Origin: Squalus acanthias
Taxonomy: Eukaryota
Assembly: GCA_030390025.1 (NCBI GenBank)
Contig: CM059432.1
Coordinates: 153,700,001 to 153,764,000 of the forward strand
Direction: 5' to 3'
Length of the DNA: 64,000 nucleotides
Shown: one piece after another, positions 62,770 through 64,000 of the stretch
Numbering within the stretch: the stretch's first letter is position 1
Layout of the letters: each line of letters begins with the position of its first letter
Program-made: the position numbers and the translations under genes
Notes under the pieces: model-generated
The model's input: the letters and a program-made list of their open reading frames with translations, nothing else
The model's database searches: none
What the model was told of the DNA's origin: nothing

Positions 62770-63560
62770 AGATACACACACAGCACACACATACCCCGCA
62801 CACGCACATGCACACACGCACACACACCAGTGGAGGAGAAAGGGGGAGATGCACACAGGAGTGGAGGAGACAGACACACACATGCAGGAGAGGGAAAAGG
62901 GAGCACAACCACAGGAGTCGGGGAGGGAGAGAGACAGACAGATGCAGGATGAGAGAAGGAAACGCAGGAGTGAGAGAAAAAGTAAAAAAGAAAGACTTGC
63001 ATTTCTATAGTGCCTTTCACAACCACCAAACGTCTCAAAGCGCTTTACAGCCAATGAAGTACTTTGGAGTGTAGTCACTGTTGTAATGTGGGAAACGTGG
63101 CAGCCAATTTGCACACAGCAAGCTCCCACAAACAGCAATGTGATAATGACTAGATAATCTGTTTTTGAGAGAGGGAAGAAAAGAAAGAGAATATGGGGGA
63201 AGAGAGAAAAAAAACACACACACAGGAGTAAAGCAGAGAGGAAAGACATGCACACTCGGGAATGGAGGGGAGAGATTGAGAGAAATGCAAACACAGTAGT
63301 AGGGGAGGAAAGGTAGAACAGGGAGGAGGGAGAGGGGAAGGAGAAGGGAGAGGAAAGAGAAAAGCACACACGGAGGAGCAGGAGAGCAAGGGATAAACAT
63401 ATTGGAGTGCGGGAGGAAGGAAGGGACACATGCAGGAGAGGAAAGAAAGAGAAAGGTATACACGTAGAACTGGGGAAGTGAGGGAGAGCGCACTGAGGTG
63501 GTGAAGAGAAGGAGAATGCACAGGAGTGGAAGAGACAGAAAAAACAACACAGAAGCAGAA
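62770..63560. repeat. Purine/CA-rich low-complexity region containing a minus-strand SacSINE1-like fragment (about 62985-63165)
   Basis: Degenerate (ca)n and ggaga units; SINE tail aaagacttgcatttctatagtg. Confidence 0.85.
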
Positions 63561-64000
63561 CAGAAAAGGCTTTTTCTTTTCCAGACTGTACCTCTACCTT
63601 TAGCTGGAAGGTATGAGCAGCTGTGAGATTTTATTGATGAGACCCAGTCCATTGGCTTAGAGCATTTCACAAAACACAAGCCGGAGAGTACCACAGGCAC
63701 TTTACTGGAGATATGTGTACACTGGACTACAAACTGACTGTAATCCAGCTCACTATGAAGACAATGTCAATCAACATGATGGCTCGGATACATTTATCTA
63801 GCAATGTACTCAAAACTACCTTCTTAAATTATTTTTTACTTTGCATTTACACAATCATAATCCAACATAAATACAAATAAACATGTTTAATACCAAAAGT
63901 TAGTTGGCAGCAGAATGCAGTATGTGATGTGAGATTATGACAGAAGCAAATGAATAAAAATCTGTGGGGAGAGTTTCCACTTACAGTGCAGTGGCATTGA

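Noticed and set aside
62652..63700. 221-aa hydrophobic ORFs as membrane proteins
   Set aside because: Arise from low-complexity sequence plus a SINE fragment.
60409..64000. Preceding SUGCT exon (RVLAGPF..KVERP)
   Set aside because: No matching sequence found by eye; the donor-like acttac near 63979 does not follow the expected codons.

Overview
Eukaryotic, repeat-saturated genomic DNA; the repeat repertoire (SacSINE1/DeuSINE-type SINEs, CR1 and L2 LINEs, Penelope, Harbinger) points to a cartilaginous fish. The whole window lies inside one minus-strand host gene: four small phase-compatible exons (60323-60408, 44360-44410, 38546-38666, 16789-16880) splice into a continuous family III (CaiB/BaiF) CoA-transferase frame matching SUGCT. 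Almost all long ORFs in the track are CR1/L2 remnants or their antisense shadows. The rest is nested CR1, L2, SINE, Penelope, Harbinger and hAT elements. The most notable structures are: a minimal hammerhead-ribozyme motif from a Penelope element lying sense to the SUGCT pre-mRNA; several Penelope inserts whose 5' ends fall inside that motif; a Penelope tail fused to a perfect 170-bp inverted copy of nearby DNA; a ~1.4-kb inversion broken inside a MITE palindrome; a twice-present Harbinger derivative carrying a captured Penelope hairpin; and an internally deleted CR1 that keeps a 70-bp TATA-repeat promoter. I see no evidence for a wholly new protein-coding system. Repeat boundaries are read by eye and are approximate unless TSDs are quoted.
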